In this document: positions 51,200 through 64,000 of the stretch, one piece after another
How positions within the stretch are numbered: the stretch's first letter is position 1
Layout of the letters: every line of letters starts with the position of its first letter
Origin: Hypanus sabinus
Taxonomy: Eukaryota
Length of the DNA: 64,000 nt
Reading direction: 5' to 3'
NCBI RefSeq assembly: GCF_030144855.1
Contig: NC_082715.1
Span: 86,800,001 to 86,864,000, forward strand
Made by a program: the position numbers and the translations under genes
Notes under the pieces: model-generated
What the model saw: the letters and a program-made list of their open reading frames with translations, nothing else
The model's database searches: none
Told to the model about the DNA's origin: nothing

Positions 51200-51700
51200 G
51201 TATTTTACATAGTCTTTTGGAACTGGAATAACTTCCACTCCAGCTTTGTGGCTGAAAAGGCCCTTCTTAGAACCACAGATGGAACAAGAGATGCTTGTCA
51301 TGGCGTGCATGTGGGCAGTTTGTGAGGTGGCACACCACTTCTGCAGATTATGCAGGGCTTATGTGTGCAGGCAATAATATTCCAAATGTTCCTCCTCCTC
51401 TTGAAGCAGCACAAGCCAGAGACTCCCAGGAAGTTAGTGGGAATGTTGCATTTCTTCAAAAAAGTCTTGAGCATATCTGGGAAATCTTTCCTCCAGCTAT
51501 GAAATAACCTCTTCTCACTTCCAAGCTCTGGAAAAAAGTGTCTGTTTTGGGAGGCTGGTGTCGGAAATACAAATAACATGGCCTTCCAGTTGAACTGATA
51601 GAATATAGCAAGGGCCTTAATACTGGAGATGCAGACACAAAAGAGAACTTTGGTGCCTATTCACTTACACTTCCAATGAATTTGGAGGAGTTTGTATAGA
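51200..51700 (-). mobile_element. Old RTE-clade LINE 3' end
   Basis: KDFPDMLKTFLKKCNIP and terminal CSICGSKKGLFSH zinc-finger remnant. Confidence 0.65.
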
Positions 51701-51809
51701 TAGACTTAGTATCATCTTTTCAGTGTATTAAGGTGTTGAAAGTAGGTAGCACACGTTTCAGAAATCTACAAATAGACAAAGAACACTGCTGACTGGTAAA
51801 CTAGCATTC

Positions 51810-52808
51810 AGCTCAGCATTCAATACTATTATCCCCTCAAAATTAATCCATTGTCTTCAAGACCTTGGCCTCAATACCTCTATTTGCACTTGGATCCTCG
51901 ATTTCTTCACTTGCAGACCCCAATCAGTTCGGATTAGCAACAACATCTCCTCCACAATCTCTATCAGCACAGGTGCACCATAAGGTTGTGTGCACTACTC
52001 ACTTTACACTTATGGCTGTGTGGCTAAGCATAGTTCAAATGCCATTTTCAAGTTTGCTGTTGACACCAATGTTTGTAGGCTGAATCAAAGGTGGTAAAAA
52101 ATCAGCATATAGAAGAGAGATTGAAAATCTGGAGGAGTGATGCCTCTTCCTCAATATCAGCAAAACAAGGACACTGATTATTGACTTCAAGAGGAGGGAA
52201 AAGGGCATCCATGAGCCAGTCCTCATAAGAGGATCAGAGGTGGAGAAGGTCAGCAACTTTAAGTTCCTCAGTGTTATCATTTCAGAAGATGTGTCCTGGG
52301 CCCAGCACACTCGTGCAATCATGAAGACATGGCAGTATCTCTATTTGCTTAGCATGACATCTAAAATTTAGACAAACTTTAATATATGTGTGGTGTTGCA
52401 TGTATTGACTGGCTGCATCACAGCCTGGTATGGAAACACCAATACCCTTGAATGGAAAATCCTACAAAAAGTAATGGATACAGCCTTTTTCATCATGAGT
52501 AAAGCCCTTCCCACCACTGAGCACATCTACATGGTGCATTGTTGCAGAAAAGAAGCATCCATCCTCAGAGATGCCCACCACCCAGGACATGCTCTCTTCA
52601 TGCTTCTGCCATCAGGAAGAAGCTACAGGACTCACACCACCAGATTCAGGAACAGTTATTACCCCTCAACCATCAGGCTCTTGAACCAAAAGAGATAACT
52701 TTACTCAACTTTTCTTGCCTAATCAAGGAAATGTTCCTTAAACATATGGACCCACTTTCAAGGACTTTATATCTCATGTTCTCAATATCTCAATATTTAC
52801 TGATTACC

Positions 52809-52893
<85 letters not shown>

Positions 52894-53078
52894 TTCATAA
52901 ATGTCTAGTTTGTTGTCTTTTGTACACTGGTTGAACACCCAAGTTGGTGCAGTCTTTCATTGATTCTACTACAGTTATTATTCTATTATGGATGTATTGA
53001 CTATGCCCGCAAGAAAACGTAACTCAGGGCTGTATTTTTGACATATATGTAGTTCAGTAATAGCTTTACTTTGAACTT
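51810..53078 (+). mobile_element. Rex1/Babar LINE 3' half
   Basis: SSAFNTI, KFAVDT, LTGCITAWYG, HPGHALFMLLPSGRSYR..TTRFRNSYYPSTIRLLN. Confidence 0.9.
52809..52892. repeat. Perfect (TAT)28 microsatellite
   Basis: Uninterrupted trinucleotide run. Confidence 0.97.
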
Positions 53079-53984
53079 CTTCTTACTCAATCAAATTTTG
53101 TCTAGGCCCAATTAAGTCTTTGCTGATATCCATCACCAATTTGCTTTTGTTAAGGTTCCCATTCAGATATTTGAAGGGATCTGGGTTTTACAAGGTCAAA
53201 ATGTGAATCTTTATTGTTAGAGAGCAATGTGGTGTAGTGGTAACCAGTGCATGGCAGGGGTGGTTGGTGGGGATTGGGAATAGAATCCTTAGCCTGTAAC
53301 TGGCTAAAATGAAAATGGAATGGTTCAGCATCTAAGAATCTTTGCTGGGAGCCCATCAGTCACACATCTCTCGCACCACATTAGCAGAGATTGTTGAACC
53401 CATATTGGTCTCAGTAGTCACCCCAGAAACCTCAGTACTAAAGTAGAAGAACGTCATCCTTTACACTGAAAGACCATGCAAAAGAAAATGGCAATTTTGA
53501 GAGATCCTAAATAAAGAACTTGGAAAGTATATCAATCTGGAAAGTGACACCATTTCTGAACACCCTTTTCAAACTCCAGTACTTCCAAAGCCATTGAATG
53601 CATTCTATTCAAAGCAACATTTTACTGTTGAAATGGGTTCTTCATTTTCACCTTGTTTGCAATGACTTAGAGAACTTTTCATTTTTATGGTACTAAATTC
53701 ACTTATATCTTACCAGCAGAAGCTCATTGAAGCTAATTACAAGAATTCATCATCATATTTTGTTGCTGTCAACCAATGCAAATTAAAATGACAAGATAAA
53801 AAAAAACAAAGCCATTTTACAGGCTTACATGAGTAATCACTATTATTAGATTTATTTCCTTCTGAGAAAGCTGGAAATACAATGAACGAAAAGTCAAAAC
53901 AAAGATAACAATTATTAAGATGATGCATTTCAAAAGTTCATTTGCACAATAAAGGTAAAGTAACCCTTTGTAAATATCAATTCT

Positions 53985-54178
53985 GACAACTCTGGATGTG
54001 GAGGCCAAGTCATTCAATACAATTAAAGTGGAGGTTGATAGATTCTTGATTAGTCAGGGCTTCAAAGGTTATGCAGATAAGCCAGGGAAATGGGATTGAG
54101 AGGGATAATACATTATCATGGCGAAGCAGACTTGATGGGCCGAATGGCTTAATTTTGTTCCTAAGTCTTATGGTCTTA
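53985..54178 (+). mobile_element. CR1 3' end
   Basis: Similar to 6510-6707, with the 'tcttatggtctt' tail. Confidence 0.75.
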
Positions 54179-54204
54179 ATAGGCTAACACAAACTATTTA
54201 CTCC

Positions 54205-57200
54205 TGCAGCTCCATAGCGACCGCGTTAGGGAATTGAAGTTGCAGCTCGACGACCTTCATCTGGACAGGGAAAGTGAGGTGGTGATAGAGAGAAGATATG
54301 GGCAGGTAGTTACACCAGGGCCTCAGGGGACAGGTAAGTGGGTAACAGTCAGGAGAGGGAAGGGCAAGAGACAGATCCTAGAGAGTAACCCTGTGGCTGT
54401 TCCCTTTAAAAATAAGTAATCCTGTTTGAGTATTGCTGGGGGGTGGGGGTGGGTCAGCCTACTTGGGGGAAACAACAGTGGCTGCGCCTCTGGCACAGAG
54501 TCTGGCCCTGTGGGTCAGAAGGGTAGGGAAAGGAAGAGGATGGCAGCAGTAATAAGGGACTCTATAGTTAGGGGGTCAGACAGGCGATTCTGTGGATGCA
54601 GGAATGAAACACGGATGATAGTTTGCGTCCTGGGTGCTGGGGTCCAAGTTGTTTCTGAGCACGTCCATGATATCCTAGAATGGAAAGCCAGAGGTGGTGG
54701 TACGTATTAGTTCCAACAACATGGGTAGGAAAAGGGAGGAGGTCCTGAAAATAGATTACAGGGAGTTAGGAAGGAAGTTGAGAAGTGAAACCTCAAAGGT
54801 AGTAATCTCAGAATTACTGCCTGTGCCAATGTGACAATGAGTATAGGAATAGAATGAGGTGGAGGATAAATGTATGACTGAGGAATTGGAGCAGTGGGTA
54901 GGGATTCAGATTTCTGGATCACTAGAACCTCTTTTGGGGCAGGTGTGACCTGTACAAAAAGGACGGGTTGCATTTGAATCCCAGGAGACCAATATACAGG
55001 CAGGGAAGTTTGCTATGGCTATTGGGGAGAGAATAAACTAGAATTGTTGGTGGGTGGGAACTGAACAGAAGAGACAGCGGAAGAGACAGTTGGCTTACAA
55101 ATAGAGAAAGCTTGGAGACAGTGCGAGATGGAGGATAGGCAGATGATAGGGAAAGGACGCGCTCAGACCGATGATTTGAGATGTGTCTATTTCAATGCAA
55201 GAAGCATCATGAACAAAGTGGAAAATCTGATAGCATGGATCAATACTTGGAGCTATGATGTTGTGGCCATTACAGAGAATGAAATGGCTCAGGGTCAGGA
55301 ATGGCTACTTCAAGTGCCAGGCTTTAGATGGTTCAGAAAGGACAGGGAGGGATGCAAAATAGGTGGGGGCATGGCACTGTTGATCAGAGATGCTGTCATG
55401 GCTGCAGAAAAGGAGAAAGTCAAGGACTGATTGTCTACAGAGACATTGTGGGTGGAAGTTAGAAACAGGAAGGTGGCAATAACTCTACTGTGTGTTTTTT
55501 ATAGACCTTGCAATAGCAACAGGAACATCGAAGGGCAGATAGGTAGACAGATTCTGCAAAAATGTAATAATAACAGGATTGTCCTGGTGGAAGATTTTAA
55601 TTTCCCAAATATTAATTGGCATCTCCCGAGAGTGAGGGGTTTAGATGGGGTGGATTTTCTTTGGTGTGTTCAGGAAGGTTTCTTGACACAATATGTTGAT
55701 AAGCCTACAAGAGGAGCGGCTGTACTTGATCTGGTATTGGGAAATGAACCTAGTAAGGTGTCAGATCTCTCAGTGGGAGAGCATTTTGGAGATGGTGCTA
55801 ACAATTCTGTCTTCTTTACCATAGCATTGGAGAGGGATAGGAACAGACAGGTTAGGAAAGCATTTAATTGGAGTAAGGGGAAATATGAAGCTATCATGCT
55901 TGGAAGCATAAATTGGGAACAGATGTTCTCAGAGAAATATACGGAAGAAATGCGACAAATGTTAGAGGATATTTGCCTGGAGTTCTGCAAAGGTACAGTC
56001 TAATGAGACATGGAAAGGATGGTAGGATACAAGAAATGTGGTGTACAAAGTCTATTGTAAATCTAGTCAAGAAGAAAAGAAAAGCTTATGAAAGGTTCAA
56101 AAAACTAAGTAATGATATGGATCCAGAAGGTTTTAAGGCTAGTAGGAAAGAGCTTAAGAATGAAATTAGGAGAGCCAGAAGGGGCCATGAGAAGGCCCTG
56201 GTGGACAGGATTAAGGAACACCCAAGGCATTCTACAAATATGTGAAGAGCAAGAGGATAAGACGTGAGCGAATAGGACCAATCAAGTGTGACAGTGGAAA
56301 AGTGTGTATGGAACCGGCGAAGATAGCAGAAGTACTTAATGAATACTTTGCTTCAGTATTCACTACAGAAAAGGATGTTGGCGATTGTAGGGATGACTTA
56401 CAATGGGCTGAAAAGCTTGAGCATTTAAACATTAAGAAAAAGGATGTGCTGGAGCTTTTGGAAAGCATCAAAGTTGGTCACTGGGACCAAACAAAATGTA
56501 CCCTAGGCTACTGTGGGAGGTGAGGGAGGAAACTGCTGAGCCTCTGGCGATGATCTTTGCATCATCAAAGGGGATTTGAGAGGTTCCAGAGGATTTGAGA
56601 TTTGCAGATGTAGTTCGCAAATTTAAGAAAGGGAGTAGGGATAGCCCAAGAAATTATAGACCAGTGAGTCTTACTTCAGTGGTTGTTAAGTTGTGGAAAA
56701 GTTCCTTAGAGGCAGGATTTATGAAAATTTGGAAAGGAATAATATGATTAGGAAGAGTCAGCATGGCTTTGTGAAAGACAGGTCATGCCTTACAAGCCTG
56801 TTTGAATTTTTTGAGGATGTGACTAATCACATTAATGAAGGAACAGCAGTAGATGTAGTGTATATGGATTTCAGCAAGGCATTTGACAAGGTACCCCATG
56901 CAAGGCTTATTGAGAAAGTAAGGAGGCATGGGATCCAAGGATACATTGCTTTGTAGATCCAGAGCTGACTTGCCCACAGAAGGCAAAGAGTGGTTATAGA
57001 TGGGTCATATTCTGCATGGAGGTCAGTCACCAGTGGGGGACCTCAGGGATCTGTTCTGGGACCTTTCTGGTTCGTCAGTTTTGTAAATGACCTGGATGAA
57101 GTAGGATTGTTTAGCAAACTTGCTGATGACAGAAAGGTTGGGGGTGCTGTGCATAGTGTGGAGGGCTGTCAGAGGTCACAGCGGGACAGTGATAGGAATA

Positions 57201-58007
57201 GAAGTGGTAGATGGAGGTCAATCCAGATAAGTGTGAAGTGGTTCATTTTGGTAGGTTAAATATGATGGCAGAACATAGTATTAATGATAAGACACTTGGC
57301 AGTGTGGAGGATCAGAGGGATGTTGGGGTCTGTGCCCATAGGACACTCAAAGCTGCTAGGCAAGTTGACTCTGTGGTTATGAAGGCATACGGTGCATTGG
57401 CCTTCATCAACCGTGAGATTGAGTTTAGGAGCCGAGAGGTAATGTTGCAGCTATATAGGACCTTGGTCAGACTCCACTTGGAGTACTGTGCTCAGTTCTG
57501 GTTGTCTCACTGTAGGAAGGATGTGGAAGTAGGAAAGGGTGCAGAGGAGATTTACAAGGATGTTGCCTGGACTGGGGGGCATACCTCATGAGAATAGGTT
57601 GAATGAACTCGGCCTTTTCTCCTTGGAGCGACGGAGGATGAAAGGTGACCTGATAGAGGTGTACAAGATAATGAGGGTCATTCATCGTGTGGAGAGTCAG
57701 AGGCTTTTTCAAGGGCTGAAATGGTTAGCATGAGAGGGTACAACTTTAAGGTGCTTGGACGTAGGCACAGAGGAGATGTCAGGGGTAAGTTTTAACACAG
57801 AGTGGTGAGTATGTGGAATGGGCTGCCGGCAATGTAGGTGGATGCTGAGCCAATAGGGTCTTTTAAGAGACTCCTGGATAGGTACATAGAGTTTAGAAAA
57901 ATAGAGGGCTATGGGTAAGCCTAGTAATTTCTCAGGTAGGGACATGTTCAGCACAACTTTGTGGGCTGGAGAGCCTGTATTGTGCTGTAGGTTTTCTATG
58001 TTTCTAT
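54205..58007 (+). mobile_element. Near-full-length CR1 LINE (ORF1 coiled-coil + SGNH esterase; ORF2 APE + RT), multiple stops and frameshifts
   Basis: VIRDSIVRG; YFNARSI, VVAITE, EDFNFP, LDLVLGNE; VYMDFSKAFDKVPH, PQGSVLGP, KLADD; (ttctatgt) tail. Confidence 0.95.
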
Positions 58008-60569
58008 GATCCAAGGTTATAGCTCACCATTATGAACTCTTAATGATGCTGGCATTCAGGACCTATATCTTGTACAACAGTAATTGAACTAGTCACATTT
58101 CTGATACCAAGTCACAGAACCATGCCAATCTTCTTTTTGTAAAGCAGCGTCAAGAAAAATCTGAAGAGATTTTTGTATTTTCATAACAGTGTAAAAAAGA
58201 AAAAATAGGGCCATGTGACAGACATATTATTCAGCACAAGTAGCTTTAAACTTGTAAGTTTAAACTTGCAGCTTGCATTTGTGCTTGTGCATCCATTATC
58301 AAGGGAAGGAAAAAAAATAGGCAAAAGATGGTGAGAACCAGTGTCAGATAAGTATCCCATATTTAATATCGCTCAAGAAAGGAGCTTCCAACCCAAAAGT
58401 TTGCCTGGCATCATCGGTTTATTAATATAAATGGAAATAAAATCTTCATGTGCTGGTATTCTTAAATAAATGCAGGGAATATTGATTCTCTTTCAGCAAA
58501 ATAGCTAGCATCTGTGGAAATTGAAACAAAGTTAATGATTCAGGCCAAGAATATTGAGAAAGAAAGACAAATAATGTAGATTTAAATTATAGAGACAGTG
58601 AGAAAGTAGTGGAAGGAGGAAGTCTGATGGTAGTAAATTGTTGAATAGGTTAATTAGATAATGCGTGAAATTAGAGAACAACAGGAAGAGAAAAAAAAGG
58701 AACGTTTTGAAATACAGATCAAAGCTATCTGAAAGCTATTGAAAATATCCAGGAAAGCATGCAGTGTCTAGGGCGAGAGAAAACTGAGTAAAATTTACAG
58801 ATGTATAACCCACAGCTGAATTCGAAAGTAAGAAGAACAGCATGAATTTACAGTTTACAAAATTGATTCAAAGTTTAAAGTATATTATATTATCAAGGTA
58901 TATATCTCATCATATACAACCCTGATATTCACTTCCAGGATTGTGTAGTTTGATGTCTATGTACTCTGTTAATAAAACAAGGATTTCAAGTGGAGAGATG
59001 AAAATTTTTGAACCCAACAGCAATGCAAAGATTTAAAAACTTATTGACAAATAGAGTATCCTCAATAATAATGATAGCAATTTCTATCTTAAACTATTCA
59101 TTAGCTTTAGCAGAAAATGGACAGAGCTAATAAACAATAAACACATTTAATATCCTTCTGTATATATATATCAGATTCAGATTTATTTAATCACATGTAT
59201 GTGGAAACATGCAGTGAAATGCACCATTTGCATTAAAAACGAACACACCTAATAATGTGTTGGGGGCAGGCCACACATTCCAGCACCAATATAGCATGCC
59301 CATGCTTGGCACAACAACAGAGAACACAACCAAACAGAACACAAGAAATAGTAAAAAAAAAGCCCCTTTCTCCCTCCAAATTCTTAATTATTTTGGAACT
59401 GCTTCATAATTGGTTTTCAATTTTACATTTAAACAGATATGTGTCAATTTTTATGAGAATGAAGACTACTGTCATGGTTAGTTTATCATCTGGTAACAGA
59501 TTGTATTTGCACTGTGGGGTAGTTATAATTTTTCCACCCATCAGTTTTCCACCTTACCTACTGTTATTTTCCATTTAAGTCAACAAAAAGTGCTGAGCAG
59601 GTTGTAAAATGTATTTGACCCAATTTTGAGTGTTGCCTGTCTAATAATATAGTTAAATTATTCTCTGAGTGTTTATCGTGAACAATATCCCATGCCTCAC
59701 AATCTGTATGATTCTGAAATAATGGGTGCAGAGCAAAGGCTTAATTCAGCTTCCAAAGCAAACAGCATGAAATCTACTTGAAGAAAACCGCCTACAATTT
59801 TTTGATCTATCATTTCCAGTAGGCAAGCTCAAAGCCAGGAGCATAAATTTGTAAATTTGTTAGAAGTATAAATATACCTGCAGTAGCTATGGTAATTAAC
59901 TCAAAGTTTTTATTTAGCTATTTAATAATATATGTTCAATTATAGGCTATGTTCATTAAATATGCCAGCAGTAGATCATTTTACTTAATTACTGAATGCT
60001 ACTAATCAAAATTCTTACTCTTTTTAATGGATGAACACCACCTACCTGCCTTTTTGTCTTTTGCAGAGATGATGCAACACTAGGGAGAGCATGTAAAGCA
60101 GCTGGATTAGCTTTGGATTATTCTTGCAAAGCTGTAGCACAAACACAATGGAATGAATCCCTTGTTTCTGCTTTTTAAACTGCTGCATTGCTGCCTGTTG
60201 TACAAATTTATATTGTTCCTTCAATATTTCTCTTCTTACATATTTATTTTTCATTGGCTAATAGATGTCTCTCTTAATATACCTTCAGCATTGATAACCA
60301 TTAAACCAATTTTTATATGAGGACTTTATTACACTAAAAGCAACCTTTCATTCTGCTGAAATATTTTCTTTGTTCTCTGGATAAGACTCTAAAATAATTC
60401 TGCCAGGTGTGGAATTGAAGAGTTCAGGCTTTTAATGTATGCTTCTATAAAACAACAAACACTGGTACACGATTAGAAAAACAGTCTTTGTTGGTAACTC
60501 CTTCTACTTTTGATCAACTAATTTTAACATGGTAAAGGCATGCTTTATTCCTCTGTATCTCATGATATT

Positions 60570-60908
60570 AAAACATAGAACAGTACAGAAAAACAGGCCC
60601 TTTGGCCAATAATACCAAATAAATTTGTAATCAAATGGCCAACTAAACGAGTGCCTCAACAATGTCCATCTCCCTTTACTTGTCACAAATCCATGAGCCA
60701 ATCTAAACATCTCTTAAAAATCCTTAATAAATCTGTCTCTACCAGCACCCTTGGCACCCAGCACTCTGTAAAAAAAACTTGCCTCTTATACCACCTTTGA
60801 AATTATACCCCCTCACCTTAAATGGAAGCCGTGTGGTATTAGACCTTTCAGCTCTGGGAAAAAGACGTCTTCTATCTACTCCATCTTTGCCTTTCATAAT
60901 CTTATTAA
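60570..60908 (-). mobile_element. CR1 3' end
   Basis: 'aaacatagaacagtacag...caggccctttggcc' tail and CR1 C-terminal coding remnant. Confidence 0.75.
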
Positions 60909-61264
60909 TGTCAGGACTGCAAGGGCAGGTACCTCCCAGTCTCCACCCAGCTAATGGAAGTCAACTGCCAGTCAGTTTCAATTAATTTCTATTTAGACCC
61001 AGCTCTCACCCACAATCCCAGTTTCAGCTATCCTGACAGGAAGTGTAGAAGAGGCTTGATCCAAAAGCAGAGCAGTGGAGATGATTTAGTGGGAAATGAC
61101 ATTTTACCAAGAAACTGCAAAATAACATCACGAGGGGCCACAAGCAACAGTTATTTAACATGACAAGACAACAATGTAACTGAACAACTGGTTGGGGCTC
61201 AATACAAGTAACGTTGAAATGTTATTTTAAATTACTTTAAATTGTTAATTCACCTGTGGACGGT

Positions 61265-62339
61265 AGAATACTGTGCAAAAGTCTTAGGCATATTATATAC
61301 AATAGTAGGCAGCTGTAATCCAAGGGGATCATGGGTTTGCACCTCTGGTGGACTGTGTCTTCTCCAGGGTGCAAGCCTGGACAGGAAGATTTGAGGAACC
61401 AGCTGTTGCCCTTACAACAGGTTCCCCCTCTCCACATCACTGATGTAGTCCAAGGGAAGAGCAGACACCGATACAGCCTGGCACCAGTGTCGTTGCGGAG
61501 GCTGTCAGAGTGAAGTTGTAAATAACATCGAACTGCCTTTGGGACCCCGGCTCAGGATTTCTTTCTCAGGGTTTACTCCCGAAGCCTTTCTCATCGATGG
61601 GTATGGCCGCAAGTCAGTGGAGGTTTAAAATCAGAATTTTCCTTCTCCTAGGTGGGCTGTCGTCCAAGGCTGACGAGCCCCACCTGCCCGAAGCAACTAG
61701 TTCTGAGTCGCCAGTGGTCCACCTTTCCCCCTTCTCTTGTCAGTAGAAACTGTTCTGTCCAGCCTAGCTGTCAGAGATGCATGCTATTTGGAGCAATTTA
61801 TAAGTAGTGGGAACTTACCCCAATACCACCCCGGGTATGTCAAATAGGGTATCATCAAATTTTGCACAATACTGTAGTGATTTTATTATTTGCATTTTTA
61901 CTTCTGCCACAAAAAAAAACAATTTCCACATATGTGTGTGATGATAAACTTTATTCTGATATGGGTTCCTATTGTGGACTGAGGGTGTGAAGGGGCAGGG
62001 AGATGGGAATCATGGTTGGGAAAGGGGGAAGGGAGAGGAGAGGAAGTGGAAATCACCAGAGAGACATTCTTTAATAATCAATAAACCAATTGTTTGCAAT
62101 CAAGTGACCTTGCCTTGTGTCTCAGGGCTGGCTACCCATGCTACCCTCCACCCCAGCACTCCTTCTCTACCACCTGTCCCACACCCCGCCCACAGCATGC
62201 CACACTCGCCTTTCCCAACATCCTTTGCTCCTGCTAGCTTTACAAACTTGATGTCTGCTCCACATTGAAAAATACAGTATTGTGCAAAAGTCTTAAGCAA
62301 CCTAGCTGAATATGTGCATATGACTTTTGCACAGTACTG
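61265..62339. mobile_element. Two Tc1-like palindromic MITEs bracketing captured sequence; the left MITE is interrupted by an RTE-associated element (~61305-61850, minus)
   Basis: Right MITE TA|CAGTATTGTGCAAAAGTC...GACTTTTGCACAGTACTG|TA at 62275-62339; left arms at ~61267-61290 and ~61855-61875. Confidence 0.7.
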
Positions 62340-62464
62340 TATATTGTTCACTAAATACTGGCTGAATGAAAGTTAGCAATGAGTCATCTTACAGACTATG
62401 TATATATGGGTATGATCCATGACCTGAGGATGATGTGAAGCCCCTTATAGCCTATCCAGTATTT

Positions 62465-62750
62465 TATAGTGTTGGAACACCACAGCACAGAAACTGGCCC
62501 TTTGTCATATTAATGAACTATTAATCTGCCTAGTTCCATCAACCTACACATGGAACATAGCCCTCCATACCCTACCCATTCATATACCTATCCATGTTTC
62601 TCTTAAGTGTTGAAATCAAACCCACATCCACCACTTCTTCTGGCTGTTTGTCCACACTCTCACCACCCCCATGTTCTCCTTTAACATTTATTTCACGCTT
62701 AACCCATGATACCTAGCTCTAGTCACATCCAACCACAGTGGAAAAGAGCC
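62465..62750 (-). mobile_element. CR1 3' end
   Basis: 'cacagcacagaaactggccc', 'atagccctccatacc' and 'cactctcaccacc' are typical CR1 3' sequence. Confidence 0.7.
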
Positions 62751-62784
62751 TGAGAAGTAGAATAGAAATGGCTGGCCAGCAGGA

Positions 62785-63570
62785 GATCCATTCATCCCTC
62801 CTCACTGATCTCCCTCCTGGCACTTATCCTTGCAAGCAGAATAAATGCCACACCTGCCACCATATTTCCATTCAAGCTCCTAAACAGTCTTTCCAGATGA
62901 GTCTACACTTCACCTATGTGTCTGTTGGAGTCATTCACTGTAATCAGTAACCCTGAGTAATCTGATATAGACTGGGAGACTGCTTCACCAAACACCTACC
63001 AGAAAAAGCTGGATCTCCCAGTGGCCACCCATTTCAATTCTACTTCCCATTCACATTTGAACATGTCAGTCCATGGCCTCCTGTGCTGCCATATGATGCC
63101 ACACTCAGGTTGGAGGAACAACACCATATAGTCTGCCTGGGTAGCCTCCAACCTGATGGCATGAACATCGATTTCTCAAATTTCCAGTAACTGCATCCTC
63201 TTCACTATTCCCCCATTTCCCTCTGTCACTTTATCTCCTTACCTGCCGATCACCTCCCTCTGTGCTCCTCCCCCTTCCATTTCTTCCATGGCCTCCTGTC
63301 CTCTCCTATGAGATTAACCCTTTGCCAACCCTTTATCTCTTTCACCAATCATCTTCCCAGCTCCTTACTTTACCCCTCCCCTTCTCTTGGTTTCACCTAC
63401 AACCTACCTGCTTGTACTTCTTCCTCCTCTCCCTCCACCTTCTTGTTCTGACTTCTCATCTTGTTTTCCAGTCCTGATGAAGGGTCTCTGCCCAAAGTGT
63501 TGAGTGTTTACTCTTTTCCATAGATGCTGCCTGACCTGCTGAGTTTCTCCAGCATTTTGTCTGTGTTGCC
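62785..63570 (+). mobile_element. Penelope-like element, GIY-YIG remnant and terminus
   Basis: PGTYPCKQNKCHTC..IQAPKQSFQMSLHFTYVSVGVIHC; LRLEEQH; cagtc-ctgatga-agggtctctgccc. Confidence 0.82.
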
Positions 63571-64000
63571 AATTATCTACCTGTGTCTAAAAAGTATTTA
63601 GACTCTATTTCCATTTCCCTTTGAAAAAGTGTTGCAAAGGCATACAAGTCTCGGAGAGAAAAAGTGTTTCTTCTTTGTCTTAAAGGTGCATCTTGTTATT
63701 TTTCACACGGCAATACTATAGTTCTAAATTCCTCTATGAGGGCAAATATTCTCCCCAATTTCACTCCTCATAAGCTTGGGTATCTCAATTAAGTCACCTT
63801 CCACTCTTCTATATTCCAACTGATACATTTAGTTTATCCATCTTGTCCTCAAAAGACAATTCATCTATTCCAGGTATTAGGTTTACTGAACCTTTCCTGA
63901 ATTGTTCTAGCCAATAACATCTCTGCTTAAATATAGATACTATGGAAAGCATTCCAGATGTGGTCCTCCATGCCTTATTTAACTATAAGTGAACTCCCTA
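63570..64000 (-). mobile_element. Old CR1 fragment
   Basis: Minus strand resembles RPHLECFP and RVEGDLIE CR1 C-terminal motifs. Confidence 0.6.

Noticed and set aside
52539-52934. Poly-tyrosine 131-aa ORF
   Set aside because: Artefact of the (TAT)28 microsatellite in a LINE 3'UTR.
60909-61038. 130-bp segment with TGTCAGGA...TCCTGACA termini (mini-LTR or MITE)
   Set aside because: No TSD or poly(A) signal, so it cannot be classified with confidence.
61690-61850. HDV-like ribozyme at the 5' end of the RTE-associated element
   Set aside because: RTE 5' ends can carry one, but no nested double-pseudoknot core could be traced in this copy.

Overview
Eukaryotic, repeat-dense vertebrate genomic DNA, intergenic or deep intronic. 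The mix of CR1, Rex1/Babar, Penelope-like, V-SINE, L1/Tx1 and Buster families suggests a cartilaginous fish, probably a ray (inference). Most of the window is nested, decayed transposons: CR1 (two near-full-length copies), Rex1/Babar, L1-clade, RTE, R4/Dong, Penelope-like elements with minimal hammerhead-ribozyme motifs, Gypsy remnants and LTRs, a complete hAT/Buster element, Tc1/Tigger pieces and a probable Helitron. The only recognisable host-gene sequence is an ORF-intact, CpG-rich processed retrocopy of PNRC2 (46443-47169). It has a 14-bp target-site duplication and an A-tail, and it splits an older Rex LINE. No prokaryotic features, CRISPR arrays, rRNA or bona fide tRNA genes were seen. 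TE boundaries are approximate unless a TSD or TIR is quoted.
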